A stretch of 64,000 bases of DNA from a virus. The stretch lies in IMG/VR virus record IMGVR_UViG_3300021964_000026, positions 1 through 64,000 of that record, one strand, 5' to 3'. The notes beneath the pieces were generated by a model. It was not told the origin of the DNA. It did no database searches and saw nothing but the letters and a program-made list of their open reading frames with translations. The translations under genes were made by a program, and so were the position numbers. The stretch's first letter is position 1; every line of letters starts with the position of its first letter. Shown here in pieces: positions 36,404-48,800 of this stretch.

Positions 36404-37921
36404 TCACACATAGTCCATGATGTTGCCTTCTTTCATTCGCACATCCGTGTCTGCTTCGCGTTGTCTTTGCATGCCGTAGTTGGGCGACGGCGAGTCGTCT
36501 TCATTGCCGAAGTCCATTGTGTTGCGCGTCTGCTCCCTTGCTTCCTCTCGGTATTGTCTCAATCGGTTTTGCTCGGCTTGGTCGTTGCGCATAGCCATTT
36601 TCGCGTCAAGGAAAGAGGCAGGTTTTCCTTCCTTTATTCTTCTCATCACCTTTCTTTGATGTGTGGGGTTTCGCATTTCCTCCATCCTGTCAGCCGCGCT
36701 CTCGTCGTCTTCATTTCCAAGACGCTCATCAAATGGGTTCTGCTCGTTCAAGTGGATTTGCGCGGCAAGGTCATCGTAAACCATAGCCGCAGGGTGATTG
36801 ATAGCGCGCCCTTCTGCGTCACGCATGCTTCGGTTGCCCTTCAACAAAGCCCACGCCGCGTCCATGACATTCAATGGATTGTCAAACGAAGTCTGCATTT
36901 GGAACGGACGAACTATCATCCCTTCACCTTGACCTTCGCGCGGACTCATAAGCGGTCCGAGGTCGCGCGGGTTGGCAGTCTGCGATTTTGGCGTTTCAGC
37001 ACCAATGCTTGCCGCAGAAAAACCCACATTCGGGTCTTCGTCGTCGTCTTGGTTTCGCATACTAACATTGAACTCATGGTCCGATGGGCTAAAGTGATAA
37101 CTGTCAGTCAAATAACGCGCCGCCATTTGTTCAGCAACTTCGGGAGAAAAGCGCGCAGATAACAAGCGCGCAATTCTTTCCAAATCCATATCGTCGGGTT
37201 CGCGCTTAGGCGCACGCATCCCTCTATTTCTTTCTTTGAACGCTTCGTCTTCCTCATACAACCGGTCGTGTTCCAATTGCTCTTCAATTTGGCGTTCCCC
37301 CAAACCCATAGCGCGCAGTTGTGCGCGCCTGTCTCCACCACCACCGCCACCGCGTGAAGACGGTCGTTCTTCTCGTGTGGGTGTAAAACCGCGACCTTCA
37401 CCTCTCCTTCTGTTGCGTTGCTCTTCAACACGGTCGTTATCGGTGAGGCTGTCAATGCGGTCCGACCACTCCATGAAAGGGTCTTCATCAAGCGATTGAC
37501 GGAGTTGACTGAAAGAAACCCCTCGGTTCCGCAACAAGCGTTGCAACCCTGCGTTTTGCGGGTCATGTCCTTCGTTTGCGGCTTTCATTTTGCGCGCCCT
37601 TTTCATGCTTTCAATGATGTTAATGCTTTCGTCACCAATGGCTTCATCAAGCGATTTGCCATGATGGTGTTCAAAGTATTTGTTCATGAAGTCTTCATTC
37701 ACATTGAAGCGTTCAAATTGTCGTTGGAGATAGTCCGGGTCTTCATCCATGCGCTCTTTCATTTGCACTTTGCGAGAACGATTGCTGGCCGCACCGCCAC
37801 CGCGTCGCCGCGGTCCACTCTTTTTGAGGTCGCCTTTCTTGGGTTTTGTTGGTTTCCCTACACCAATGACGATGACCATACCGCCTTTCTTGGGTTTCTC
37901 AAGGTTCTCACCTTTCGCCAT
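36404..37921 (-). CDS. Highly charged low-complexity protein, candidate virion internal protein
   Basis: R/E/D-rich long ORF with internal NPLNVMDAAWALLKG. Confidence 0.75.
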   Translation of the reverse strand: MAKGENLEKPKKGGMVIVIGVGKPTKPKKGDLKKSGPRRRGGGAASNRSRKVQMKERMDEDPDYLQRQFERFNVNEDFMNKYFEHHHGKSLDEAIGDESINIIESMKRARKMKAANEGHDPQNAGLQRLLRNRGVSFSQLRQSLDEDPFMEWSDRIDSLTDNDRVEEQRNRRRGEGRGFTPTREERPSSRGGGGGGDRRAQLRAMGLGERQIEEQLEHDRLYEEDEAFKERNRGMRAPKREPDDMDLERIARLLSARFSPEVAEQMAARYLTDSYHFSPSDHEFNVSMRNQDDDEDPNVGFSAASIGAETPKSQTANPRDLGPLMSPREGQGEGMIVRPFQMQTSFDNPLNVMDAAWALLKGNRSMRDAEGRAINHPAAMVYDDLAAQIHLNEQNPFDERLGNEDDESAADRMEEMRNPTHQRKVMRRIKEGKPASFLDAKMAMRNDQAEQNRLRQYREEAREQTRNTMDFGNEDDSPSPNYGMQRQREADTDVRMKEGNIMDYV

Positions 37922-37922
37922 T

Positions 37923-38129
37923 TTATTCAACTCCATGCTGTTTGAACTTGGGTTTTGTCAATCTTGACTCGCGCCAAAGTCGCGAGCAAAGTGGACACTC
38001 CCAAATGAGGACACGCGTATCACGGTCATTAACATATCGCCCTTCAAGGCGTTGCGCGAGAATCGTCTCGTGACAACCGGGACACGATTGACTTAAGCGC
38101 GCCTTTAGTTTTCCCAAAACTTCCACCAC
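37923..38129 (-). CDS. Zn-ribbon protein (start uncertain)
   Basis: CPGC...WECPLC. Confidence 0.7.
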   Translation of the reverse strand: MVEVLGKLKARLSQSCPGCHETILAQRLEGRYVNDRDTRVLIWECPLCSRLWRESRLTKPKFKQHGVE

Positions 38130-38203
38130 CGTTTGAAAATGCTGTTCGTCACAACTTGTTGCTCCATTACATCGCGCACATATTCGTCAAGCCATTTATC
38201 CAT
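38105..38203 (-). CDS. 32-aa microprotein ending KRWWKFWEN (not in the ORF track)
   Basis: MDKWLDEYVRDVMEQQVVTNSIFKRWWKFWEN fills the gap after the fibre gene. Confidence 0.6.
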   Translation of the reverse strand: MDKWLDEYVRDVMEQQVVTNSIFKRWWKFWEN

Positions 38204-38212
38204 CGTATCACA

Positions 38213-40882
38213 TCAAGGTCTTGTGGTGAGAGGCGGGGTCAAAGTTGGACCGTAAGTTATCACATAAGAATCAATCCAAGCGGCTAACCTGTCCAGCGCG
38301 TCAGCCGTTGTTGCTGGAACAGGACCGCTCCAATGACCACCAACGGCAGGGGAATAAGCATCTGCCGCCGCGTCTGTCGTATCTGTTGTTGAGTATGCTT
38401 GGTCGCTAAGGTTGCTCGCGGCAACGAGGTCGCCGTTTGCGTTAGCGACGAGGACTGCCGAAGTGACATCCGTTTGTCGGATGCCACCTGCGACATGAAG
38501 TTCTTGAGCGGGAGCGGTAGTGCCAATACCGACATTACCATCGCTTCCTCGGACAAACAACGCCGAGGTTTTGTTGTCCGACTCAACGCGGAAGTCCATG
38601 TCAATTGAGTTTTCATTGACACACACTTCGGCTTGCCCTGTCCCTGCGATTCCACCATACCCACGAAGACCGAGGAAGGAACGGTTGTTTCCTGCGACCA
38701 ATCCTTGAAAGAACATGTTGAAGTCTTCCGCTCCGCTTGTTGGGTCGCCAAGTTGAGCCTTGATGTTCCCGTATTCCAACAGGTTTGCGCCGCTACGACC
38801 CTTAAACACAAGACGGCCCAAAAAATCTCCGCTTGCGGGGGTTGACGAATCCCGAATCATGCTGATGTCGGGGCCACTATTTGTTCCAGCATCGGTGCAT
38901 TCAAGCACGAAAATGTTCCCCGTAGCCGCAGACTCAACATGGAGGTCTGCATCGGGGGCATTCGTGCCGATACCAAGACGGTTGTTGGTGTCGTCCCAAT
39001 GTAAGTTTGCATCGTCGCTGGCGAACGCCGCCCCGTCGCTGAACTGAACTGCACCAGCAACACCCGATGGTGTCCCACCGCCGCCAGCAGAAGCAAGCGC
39101 GGTGTCAATTCCAGCAAGGTGAGCCTCAACATCAGCGGTAGCGGCGGTGTAGTTGCTCGGCGTAGCGGCCACAGGAACTTCGTCAGCGTCTTGGTCAGCG
39201 GTCGCCGCAGTTTCAATACCCCCCAACTTTGTCCGTTCAGCCGATGTGATGATGGCTCCACTACCCGCATTGGTCACATCATTGAGTTCAGTCACGCTGT
39301 GAGTTGAAAGGTCAGTAATGTCGCTCGGCTTGTTGAGGATTTGCGCGTCACCACTTACCGCATTCCAATCAGCGTTGACATTGACTTCAGCACCCGTAGC
39401 AATACCGTTCAACTTGGTGTGGTCAGCATCGGTGAACACATTGGAATCGGTAGCCGCTTCAACCGCCGCGCGGATTTCAGCATCGGTTTGGTCAGCCGTC
39501 GCACCCGCCTCAACACCAAGAAGGGTGAGCATTTCTCCTTGCGTGATACCTGTCGCAAAGGCTGGCGCACCGCCGCTGATTTCAATTGCAGGGGCATTAG
39601 CGATGATGGCTGACTGATAATCACACCGAACCCACACCGTTCCTTCGTAGATGAATGTAGCGCGGTGTCCCGATGAGAGTGTAGCATTCAGTCCGCTCGG
39701 TGTAGTTTGGTTGTCAAACACAATGTCCCCCACACCATCGTTGCACACCTCAATGATGTGGCCTTCGGGGAACTTGTAGTTCGCGCTTCCGTCTCGTTCG
39801 GGGTTGAGCGTGATGGTCACGCCGCTGTTTGGCGAGAGCATGAGGAACGAATCACCTTCCGCCGTCAACACCCAAGTGCCGTTTGTGGTTAGCGCGGTGC
39901 TGGTTGCATCAACGCCTCGCCCCTGCAACCGCACCGAGTAGTGTCCCGTCTGTTCGTTGTTGCGCCCTGCGAAGTAAAACGAGTCAGCCGCGTGGCTACC
40001 GCCACGGTCTGCGCCGCGTGATGGACCTTGCCCGTAGCCAGCGTCGCTGGCCGATGGTGGAGTTTGAGCAAATGCACCGTAGCGCGGATGGCTTACCCAA
40101 TGCACATTCACGGTATCGGTGATAGCGAGTTCGCCGTTATCGTTGTGGATAGCGTTGAGGTGTGCGATGTTGTTGATACCTTCCGCACCACCGTCTGCAA
40201 TCTCGCCGCCGCTGGTGATTGTTCCGACAGAAAGAGGCACACGGTAATCGGCTGTGCTTTCCAAGAACACGCGCTTGTCGTTGATTTCAACAATGTTGAG
40301 GTTGTTTGTTCCACCACCGCTGGCGGCGTATTCCACACGGACATGCGCAAGCACGATGACTTTGGAGTTATCACCCGATGAAAGCGTCTTGTAGTTGATG
40401 AGGTATTGATTGGACGCGGATGGGTAAAGTCCCGTTGTTGTATCCGCAGGGCTTCCTCCTTCGTAGTGGACTTTGTTGTTGCCGCCGCTCGGCGCAATGT
40501 AGATGGTGTAAATGGCTTCTTCGTTGGCCGACAATGAAAGTGCGCCTGTTCCGTGTGAACCGCTGTTGAGGTCAAGCGTGATGGTGTTGCCAACGCCGCT
40601 TCCAAACTCGTAGAGCGCGCCATCAAGCACAGCAAAACCACCGCTCACGGTGAGTGTGCTTTTGGTTGCACGCACCATTGAACCGGGCTGGTTGCCGCTG
40701 TTCGTTTCGTTGCGCGTAGAGCCGAAGGCTCCGTCTTGATACCGAAGAATGCCGTTGCCATGCACACCCTGCATCATGTTTGTCAGCGTCGTGGGCGACA
40801 ACGAATCGCCGTCTCGCAGTCCGTCTTCGCCAAGTGTGTTCTGCGCGGCTGTATGCCCTGCTATGTTATCTGTTGCCATCAC
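38213..40882 (-). CDS. Tail fibre / virion structural protein
   Basis: G/A/T-rich; contains fibre-type repeats NNRLGIGTNAP, GNVGIGTTAP and KLNGIATGA. Confidence 0.75.
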   Translation of the reverse strand: MMATDNIAGHTAAQNTLGEDGLRDGDSLSPTTLTNMMQGVHGNGILRYQDGAFGSTRNETNSGNQPGSMVRATKSTLTVSGGFAVLDGALYEFGSGVGNTITLDLNSGSHGTGALSLSANEEAIYTIYIAPSGGNNKVHYEGGSPADTTTGLYPSASNQYLINYKTLSSGDNSKVIVLAHVRVEYAASGGGTNNLNIVEINDKRVFLESTADYRVPLSVGTITSGGEIADGGAEGINNIAHLNAIHNDNGELAITDTVNVHWVSHPRYGAFAQTPPSASDAGYGQGPSRGADRGGSHAADSFYFAGRNNEQTGHYSVRLQGRGVDATSTALTTNGTWVLTAEGDSFLMLSPNSGVTITLNPERDGSANYKFPEGHIIEVCNDGVGDIVFDNQTTPSGLNATLSSGHRATFIYEGTVWVRCDYQSAIIANAPAIEISGGAPAFATGITQGEMLTLLGVEAGATADQTDAEIRAAVEAATDSNVFTDADHTKLNGIATGAEVNVNADWNAVSGDAQILNKPSDITDLSTHSVTELNDVTNAGSGAIITSAERTKLGGIETAATADQDADEVPVAATPSNYTAATADVEAHLAGIDTALASAGGGGTPSGVAGAVQFSDGAAFASDDANLHWDDTNNRLGIGTNAPDADLHVESAATGNIFVLECTDAGTNSGPDISMIRDSSTPASGDFLGRLVFKGRSGANLLEYGNIKAQLGDPTSGAEDFNMFFQGLVAGNNRSFLGLRGYGGIAGTGQAEVCVNENSIDMDFRVESDNKTSALFVRGSDGNVGIGTTAPAQELHVAGGIRQTDVTSAVLVANANGDLVAASNLSDQAYSTTDTTDAAADAYSPAVGGHWSGPVPATTADALDRLAAWIDSYVITYGPTLTPPLTTRP

Positions 40883-41229
40883 GATACCTCCAATATGAAT
40901 GAGAAGCGCACTTCGTTCTCCGCGCTCTTTGTGAGCGAATGAATGTCAGCGCGATACACAGGAACGAACTCTCCCGTAGACGCGTCTTTGTATTGCAGGT
41001 AAACCTCTTGGATAGGTTTGGCAAACACATGCGACGCGTTTAGCACACCTTCTACGAGAATGCTGGTGTCGTCAATGATTTGCACACGAGGCACGATGCG
41101 TGCCAGCGTGCGCGCACCGCCGTCTTCGGATGTGGCGATGGTTCCGTCGCTACCGACATGCAACTCGTTGACAAGCGTCGCAAGGTGTTCCACCAAGCGT
41201 CTCTTGACAGCGTTGAGCATTGGCATCAA
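40879..41229 (-). CDS. Small tail/baseplate protein
   Basis: Overlapping start/stop within the tail operon; beta-rich. Confidence 0.6.
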   Translation of the reverse strand: MMPMLNAVKRRLVEHLATLVNELHVGSDGTIATSEDGGARTLARIVPRVQIIDDTSILVEGVLNASHVFAKPIQEVYLQYKDASTGEFVPVYRADIHSLTKSAENEVRFSFILEVS

Positions 41230-42896
41230 ATCTTCCTCCGTATTCGTCGTCCCTTCGTGGTTCGCATTTCGTGTGCGCGCGGTCGGAGCATACGCACCTC
41301 CGCCGCTGAACCGGGTATTGCGGCTCCGCTTACCAAACTTACGCCTGTGAAAGTGGTGGCTGTTTTGCCGCTATACGATACGAGCGATTGGTCAGCGATG
41401 ATGAGGTGGCCGCTTGAGTCAAAACCGTCGGTGCTGGCGACTGTGATAGCCCCCGCCGAGTGTGTGCCGCTGATGCGCTTCGTGATACCGAAGCCAAGTG
41501 CTGACCGACCCGAACCATATCCGCTGTTGCGGTGAGCCAAAAGCATGCCAGCGTGGATGTCCGAGCCTGTGTTTGTTGCGCTTGTTTTGGTTCTCGCCAA
41601 CTTCCCGATAACAGGACGGATTCGCAGTATGCCGCGCACCTTCAACTCCGCGCTACCTACGCCGCTTTTGTTGACGCTAACAACCTGTTGAGTTCGGTCA
41701 GCCTCACCTGCTTCATCGTCTACATCTGCGTCGTTGCCGAAAGCGTTGACCACAGCCTCAAGTCCCGCTTCGTAAGAAATCATTTGAAAGTTTGAAGTGC
41801 CATCCGAACTGTGTTCCAACTCAATGATGGCTTGACGCGATTCGCTGAATGAGGATTTGTAGTCAACGACATCACCGGGTTCCATGTCCCAAGACTGCGC
41901 GTGAAGGTTTGACTGCAACGCACCTTGCGCTTTTTTGTTGAGGCGAAGCATTTGGTTTGCGCTACTTCGTGCTTTTGTTTCGTTGTTCACAGTAGGGTCT
42001 TTGACCTTCATTTGTTTGATTGAGCCTTGTCGCTTCTGTGCTTCCGCGTCATCTACTTCAACGCTGATGGCGTCGTTGAGAGCGATGCCTGTGCCGCGCA
42101 TAAGAATGCGATTAGCGACATCGGTGATGGGGTCAACTTTGGTTTTGCCGATGCCGCGCTGGATACCCAACTCACGGTCTTTGATGTTGAAGATTTTAGG
42201 CGCGTATGTGAAGTTCCCAAAGCGGTCGTAATACATGATGAAGTGGTCGTGCCGACCAACAAAGCGCACCGCTGTTGGCAGAACAGTTGAGTTGAAGTTT
42301 TGCGCAACGAAGAGCGTGCTGATACCTTTCGCTTGCACGCTGTTCAATCCATGCAACGCCTTCGTGAACAACTTCTCAACTAAATCGGTGCTTCGCAAAC
42401 CAACGCTCACCGTTTGTCCAGCGCGAACATGACTTGTCTCAATCATTTGATAGTCAGCCAAACTCTTTCCTCTCATGTTGATAAGTTGAACTTGCGCGCC
42501 TTTGGTTGCTGACGCAACACCCTGTGTTCGCAGACGAAGTGTTGGGTCGTTCGCATCAATCAACAACATGGGGCGAGATGATGACGCGCTTAGTTGTTCA
42601 CCGTTGAAGAAAGGTGCGTCTTCGTGTGTTGTGTGCGCGAGTCTTACTGATGATTGTTCTTCGCTGATGCGATAACGACGAGGGTGAGTCGGTTGGAAAT
42701 CCTCTTGGTTGGGTTTGCTCACTTGCGTTGTCTTGCTGGTGTCTTGAATTGTTTCGTAAACAACATGATGAACGGCGTTATCCACAAAGGTTGGGCTTTC
42801 AGCGATAGCCCCCACTTCGTCGTGAACTTCTTTTGCACGCCCAAGACGCTGACCCGCGTATGAAGTATTGGTTGGTGATGGAACGCTGAATGTCAT
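41226..42896 (-). CDS. Putative baseplate hub / tail tip protein
   Basis: Position in the tail module; YYDRFGNFTY..., NRILMRG and PGDVVDY are hub-like patterns. Confidence 0.6.
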   Translation of the reverse strand: MTFSVPSPTNTSYAGQRLGRAKEVHDEVGAIAESPTFVDNAVHHVVYETIQDTSKTTQVSKPNQEDFQPTHPRRYRISEEQSSVRLAHTTHEDAPFFNGEQLSASSSRPMLLIDANDPTLRLRTQGVASATKGAQVQLINMRGKSLADYQMIETSHVRAGQTVSVGLRSTDLVEKLFTKALHGLNSVQAKGISTLFVAQNFNSTVLPTAVRFVGRHDHFIMYYDRFGNFTYAPKIFNIKDRELGIQRGIGKTKVDPITDVANRILMRGTGIALNDAISVEVDDAEAQKRQGSIKQMKVKDPTVNNETKARSSANQMLRLNKKAQGALQSNLHAQSWDMEPGDVVDYKSSFSESRQAIIELEHSSDGTSNFQMISYEAGLEAVVNAFGNDADVDDEAGEADRTQQVVSVNKSGVGSAELKVRGILRIRPVIGKLARTKTSATNTGSDIHAGMLLAHRNSGYGSGRSALGFGITKRISGTHSAGAITVASTDGFDSSGHLIIADQSLVSYSGKTATTFTGVSLVSGAAIPGSAAEVRMLRPRAHEMRTTKGRRIRRKI

Positions 42897-45800
42897 GCAC
42901 CCACCCCGTTGTCTGTTCTGTCTCCTTCGCTACTGTGGTTGCTCGTGTTGAGTTTGTCGCCAGCGTAGAGCGATTGCGTGTAGCGTGGTTGCACCGTGTA
43001 GTCAAGACGAACAAATGTATCCTGTCCTTCGTTCACCGATTGCCGACGAGCCGCGTCGCCACGGAAGTGTTGTAGCGTGTTGTTGGTCACAATCATGCGC
43101 GCGACAGGTTGAGTAGCCAGCGTTGTGAAATCGCTGGCTTCACTACCGGGGATTTGAGGTCCGTTGCTGGTAGGGTCGCTTGTTGATGTCGTAAGGTCAA
43201 ACAAGTAAACAGGCGCGTATGGTGGGTTGGACGGAGCAGGGTTGCTGTTTCGCATGTAGGAAGAAGCGGCATCAGCGGCGCGTGCGTTGGGCGTGTCGTA
43301 GACAAACACACCGTAGCGACCGGCGGCAGTTGCGGACAGCACATGCGTCGTATCATCACGGAACAATTCAATGTGTTGGTTATCAAGAACGCGCACAGGG
43401 CGAACGAGGAACTTGATGGTCGTGTCCTTTGTGTTGGTTCTGTATGAGGTTGAGTCATGATTGCTGGTTTGATACGGATTGGTCGTGACACCGGAAGACG
43501 CGCCCCAATTAAGGTCGCTGATTGCCTCTCCATCCGATGAAACTTCCATGATGTAAGTGCCACCCAGCGGAGGAATGCCATGCGTGGTTCCAAACTTCAA
43601 AACCTGCTTGGCTGATGAAAGGTTGAGCGTGTGGAGATTGAGGTTGTCAACCGCGCGGTTTGCTGTGCTAACACCACCCGCGAGAATAAAGCGTTGTCCA
43701 ACCTGTCGGTCGGTGTGAACGCTGTTTGCTTCGGTGCTGGCGACAACATATCGTGGCGACATCTGTCCATCATTTTCAACAACACTCATGCCGTCAATTC
43801 CAATACGCGGTTTTGATTTTGCAATCGGTTCTTGCATGAAAGTGAAGTTTGATTTTTCAACATTGGTTCCAACATTTGCTTCGCGCTTAAGCAATCCATC
43901 ATCACCTGCGAGTTCCAACTTTGCGCTAATTCCACGAGCCACTTCGTGAGATTCCAATTGAACATTTGAAGGGCGCAAAAAGCCACTCATGAACGGCGGC
44001 TCGCTGGTGTGATGAGAAAGCACCAAACCAAACGGACGCATGTCTTCGGACACATCTTGGAGAATGTCTTCGTTGAAGTAAGTAGGATAGCGCACACCGC
44101 GTCCGTCTCCACGGTCGCCTACGCGCTTGGCTGTCGCAGGGTCAAAGAAATGAATGTGTGTTTCTGCGCTTCGTAGGTTGCTATCGGTAAACATCGTCTC
44201 GGCTACCTTTGTTCGGTCTGTTGCCCGGTATGCATCCTCCGGGTCCCAAGACGGGCGGATGCCAAAGCCGCGCACAGGGAAACGACGAACCTCTTCACCG
44301 GTCGTGTTGCCCCACCAATCAATCATGTAGTGCGCTTGAGCCAATGCGAGATTTACGCGTTGGTCATCCGCGTCTGTCCCTGCTCTATGACCCGTTGGTG
44401 AATCAGCGTGGAACTTGCGAAGAGCGGTTGTCGGGTTGCGTATGTTGCGCACCGCACAACCAAACCCTTTCGTCATTCGGCGACCATCGCTGTATCGCAC
44501 CTGTTGAAACTTAAGGTCGCTACCGATAAGCGCGGATGCGTTTGTCTGCCGCTCAATGATGCCGACATAATTTTGCTTGGTGGTTTCTGTTGTTGAACTG
44601 TTAGCACTTCCGTTTTGCACATTGGTGCGCGTCGTTGCATTTTGACTGCTGATAAACGGACCTTCGGCTTGGAAGTGATAGTAGATGTGTGGGTCGCGCA
44701 ATCCTTGATTTGCTTTGATAGACCAGCGCGGTCGGTTGTAAGGTTGACGAACGGATATACGGTATCCCCACCCTGCTTGTTTGTGTGTTGCTTTAGTTTG
44801 AATAGTATCCGTTGTCGTTTCTACATCAGCATTTGCGACAGTCAAACCCTTTGCATCCGATACCTGCTTGATGTTGTTGTCATCCCACTTGTCGCGCCAA
44901 CCGGGTGCGGCTGTGCCGTAAAGCGAAAGCGAACTCATTTGCGCACCAAAACGATGACCACCCGGCCAAAATGCACCGAGGTTGTATTTGCGCGACTTTC
45001 CGTCTATCCCTGCTTGATTGGTGAGCGCGGCCACAGAATAAGTGTCAGCGATTGAACCATCCACATTGCTCGGTGATTTCATTCGGAACTTGAACGGACC
45101 GTCGCTCATGGCGTAGGTAAACTCGTGGTAGTGAATCATCTCGTAGTGTTCGGGCGCGTGGTTGTAGGCTTTCTTGTCAACCGCCGCATCACCTTTGTTG
45201 GTTCGGCTGTCCGAAAACCATGTCATCGGACGACCGAGGTTGTAGTGCCATAGGCAAAGGTATGCATCGGGCAAATGTAGGCTGTTGGTGTCGCGCGTTC
45301 CGGACAGCAGTTGTGGCAAGTTGCGCGTAGCAACACTTGCTTGTGATTTGTTGTAGACTTCACCAGCACCGAGGTTGTTAAACTTGGACTTGATGCGGAC
45401 GGTTGCGCCTTGAACAGCCGCGCTCCAAAATCCGCTCGTGATGGCTGTCACGCTGTTGAACACAACAGGACCACTTGCGCTAAGACCGCTGATGTAGCCA
45501 CGGTCTTCGTATGATGCGGTTTGCTCTACACCACTATCATCAATGATAACAAGGTGTTGCGCATAGTAGTCAGCACCAGCAACAGGGAAAAGGTTGTTGT
45601 TGCGCACATACAGTTTGCTGTTTGATTGGTCGCCGTGTTCAACAGTCGCGGTAGGCGTAAGAGAAGTGAGGTAGTCCGTGTAAACATCAAGGTAGTGGGA
45701 CGGGTATCCAAGCATTGTCGTTTGTGTTCCAACTGCACCAAGCGTTGAACGACAGAAGAGGTAGTAGTCATCGGGGTGATAGTGTTGCGAACCTTTCCAC

Positions 45801-48800
45801 GGCGCAGTTGCCGAAAAAATCGTAGAAGAAGCAAGCGCGGCACTCCACCACGGAACGGTCACGGTGTGGCCCGGTGTTGAGCGGTGGAACATGTTTGGAT
45901 GATACGGTAGACTGCGACGCGTAAATGCACCCGAAGAAGTAGCATTGACACCGAATGGGTTGCTCAATCCGAGTGTGGGAATGTTGGTGAATTGTTCGCG
46001 CGTTGATGGGTCAATGTCCAAAATAACTTCGTTGAGGTAGATTTCACAACCGCGCACATCAGCCATTGTTGCTTCGGAAAGAATGAGGTCGCGGTCTTGC
46101 ATAGCGACGACCGTAGCAAACAGTTGGTCGGTGAGTGTGCGCACCGTTGTGTTTGTCCCACCGGGGTCTTCGGGAGCATCGGTTGAAGCAAAGGTCGTGT
46201 TCTCGTTGTTCCCCATGAATTGTTTGCTGAACAGGTTGGGTTGGATAACAATTTGATATGCGCCTACTTCTGCTGGGTCGGGGAAATGGAAGGCGGTGTT
46301 GTAGTTGGTTCCGCTTTCAAGTTGAATGCGATGACCACCAGCGGCGTTGCATGATGCGCTGTCATCTGCGACGCCGTATCCATCAAAGCGCAACTTGGTT
46401 TCAGTCAACAGCGTAAATCCATCACCGTGAATATCGCTTGGTGGGTTAGACGCGGTTGTTCCCGAAAACCACACAAGCGGGTTGGCAATGGTCTTGGTTG
46501 TGTCGTAGTCGGTTGCACCAAAGCATGCGCGATTTGCTTGGTAGATTTGTTGATAGAGTGGGTGTGCGAGGTGGCCGGGAAGCATCGCCATCGTCGGCAT
46601 GACATAGTGGTGTCCCATGCGCGGTAATGGCATGGGCGTCAATTTGTTTGCCGCGCGCACCAAAGTTGCTGGGCTTGTTCCAGCCGCGAGCGAAGTCCAA
46701 TCGGTGTGTGCTTTGTCGGGGCTGTTCCCACTCACTTCGGCGTGGTCACGCAATCTGCGCGCCGCAAACTGTCGTGTAGACCCAGCAGGGATGTAGTAAG
46801 ACGGTTTGATGGCGTCGTCTTCTTTGGCTGTAAAATCGGGCGCGAAGACAACACCTGTAAATCTGTGATAGGTCACACCCTCAATCACCACGGTTGTGTT
46901 GTTAGTAAAAGACGCGATTGTGCCATTGACTGACAGGAAGTAGCGTCCGTCCGGTGTCGGGTCTTGCTTCCAAATGTCAGCCGTGATGCTTTCATTGACG
47001 GTGATGTAGTCGTTGCCTTTGTCTTTGAATGTCAATCTGTTGAGCGTCATAGCATTGCTGACGATGCGCAACGGTTCGCGTTCCGTATAGGTGTAGCCCA
47101 TCTTGGTGATGTGAAAATACAACGCGCGGTCGTGAGGCTCGTATGCGGTTTCAAGAATGTTGGTTGATTGCAACGCGTTGTTGCTGTCGGGGAAGTTGTT
47201 TGGGTTTTGATTGATGTGTTCGTAGCCATCCTGTTCCCAAAACGGTTCTGTTCGCGGTCGGTCGCTGTCCGATTCAAACGCTTGAGACACACCGCTTACC
47301 GGTTGACTTGGGTGTTGCAACCCGCCACCACCCAGCGTTTCATGCTGGTAGGCTTGTAGGCGGTCAAAACCAGCGCGCACAAGAATGTTGCCGGGGATGT
47401 CATCGTGATTCGGCAACTGAATGCGCATGTTAGGAGAAACGCCCGAACCTGCGAGTGCGGGTGCAAGACCTTCGTTTTCTCGGTCATGCACCATTTCGTA
47501 GTCGCGAACAACAACACCCAGCGGTGAACCACCGGTCAGTCGGTGTTGTTGACCCGTATCATCAACAACTATGATTTCGGTGAATTGGATTTCTTCGTTC
47601 GGTATGTTAAGCGCGTTTCGGACTTCGTAGGGGTATTGTTCAGCGAGTGCTGGATGAGCCAACTCTTGTGCTTGGATAATTGGATACATTGCCGCGTTTG
47701 TTGTTTCAAACGAAAAGCGCACATTGCCGTAGATGGTTTCACCAAAGCGAATGTATTCCGACCCAACCTTGTGAACCTGCCACGGCATTGAACCAAGCCC
47801 TCGCGCGTTTTGAGCAGGGAGTGTAAGGTTGCCTCCACCCATCCGTTTCCAAACAACATGCTCGGCGAAGAAATTGCGTGCGGCTAATCGTCCTTTGTAG
47901 TGCGCGTAAATGCCATCGCGGTGTGTTGAATAAGTATCGTAGCCTGTGTTTTCGGTCTTGGCTGTTTCCGAATCAAACAGATTATCGTTTGGGTAGTGCG
48001 CGTTGTTGGGGTTTTCGGTCTTGTCAAAGAACAAATCACCGGTAGGATAGAGGCAGGTTTCAGCCTGTGCAAGTTGTGAAGCAGTAGCCGCCGATGTTGT
48101 CCACAACGGGTTTGCGTCTGTTGGTTCAGTCATGGTGGTGTCGTGCATTGCTTCTACATGCGGACCAGCGTTTGATTCAGCGTTGTAGCGGTCGTTGTTG
48201 AAACGGTCGTTGTGATACGCTGTGATGGTCCCGCCTTGCGTTCCTCCCCACTTGAGTTGAAGCATGTCTCCGCAGGTTTGTTGTCCGTTGCGCGCGGCTT
48301 TAGCAATGATAGGCAGGTCGCCTTCATAAGAAATAACAACAAAGTGTCGTTGATGCATTCCGACTGCATTGTGCGTGCTGGTTTTTGGCTCCCAAATATA
48401 ATCGCCGTTTTCCAACTCTCCACCTTCTGCTATGCGCAAAACCCACTCCATTGATTGAGGGTTATGACATGCGGTAGCCGCACCGTAAGGCGTAAAGCCC
48501 AACATTGGATGCCATGCGCCAAGACCAGCCGCAACTTTGTTGCTGATGTTGAGACTGTTGAGGTAGGAATAACGCTCACCATGCCAGCCGACAGCACCAA
48601 CCGCGCGTGTTCGGTCTATGGCATCAACAACGCCGTTAAAGTGGACTTGTGTTGACGCATAATGGTCAAACGGGCTGTTTGACATTTGCCCCGACGAAGT
48701 TGCTCCTGTGGCTCGCGAGCCGTCAACTGCGTTTTGAAAGCCGTTATCCCAGCGCAAATTGCCAGCCTTTGACCAAACAAACACTTTGTGACCTTCTCCC

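Noticed and set aside
36101-37162. 353-aa + strand ORF and other long antisense or alternate-frame ORFs
   Set aside because: They shadow well-supported genes, lack SD/ATGA coupling and have implausible composition.
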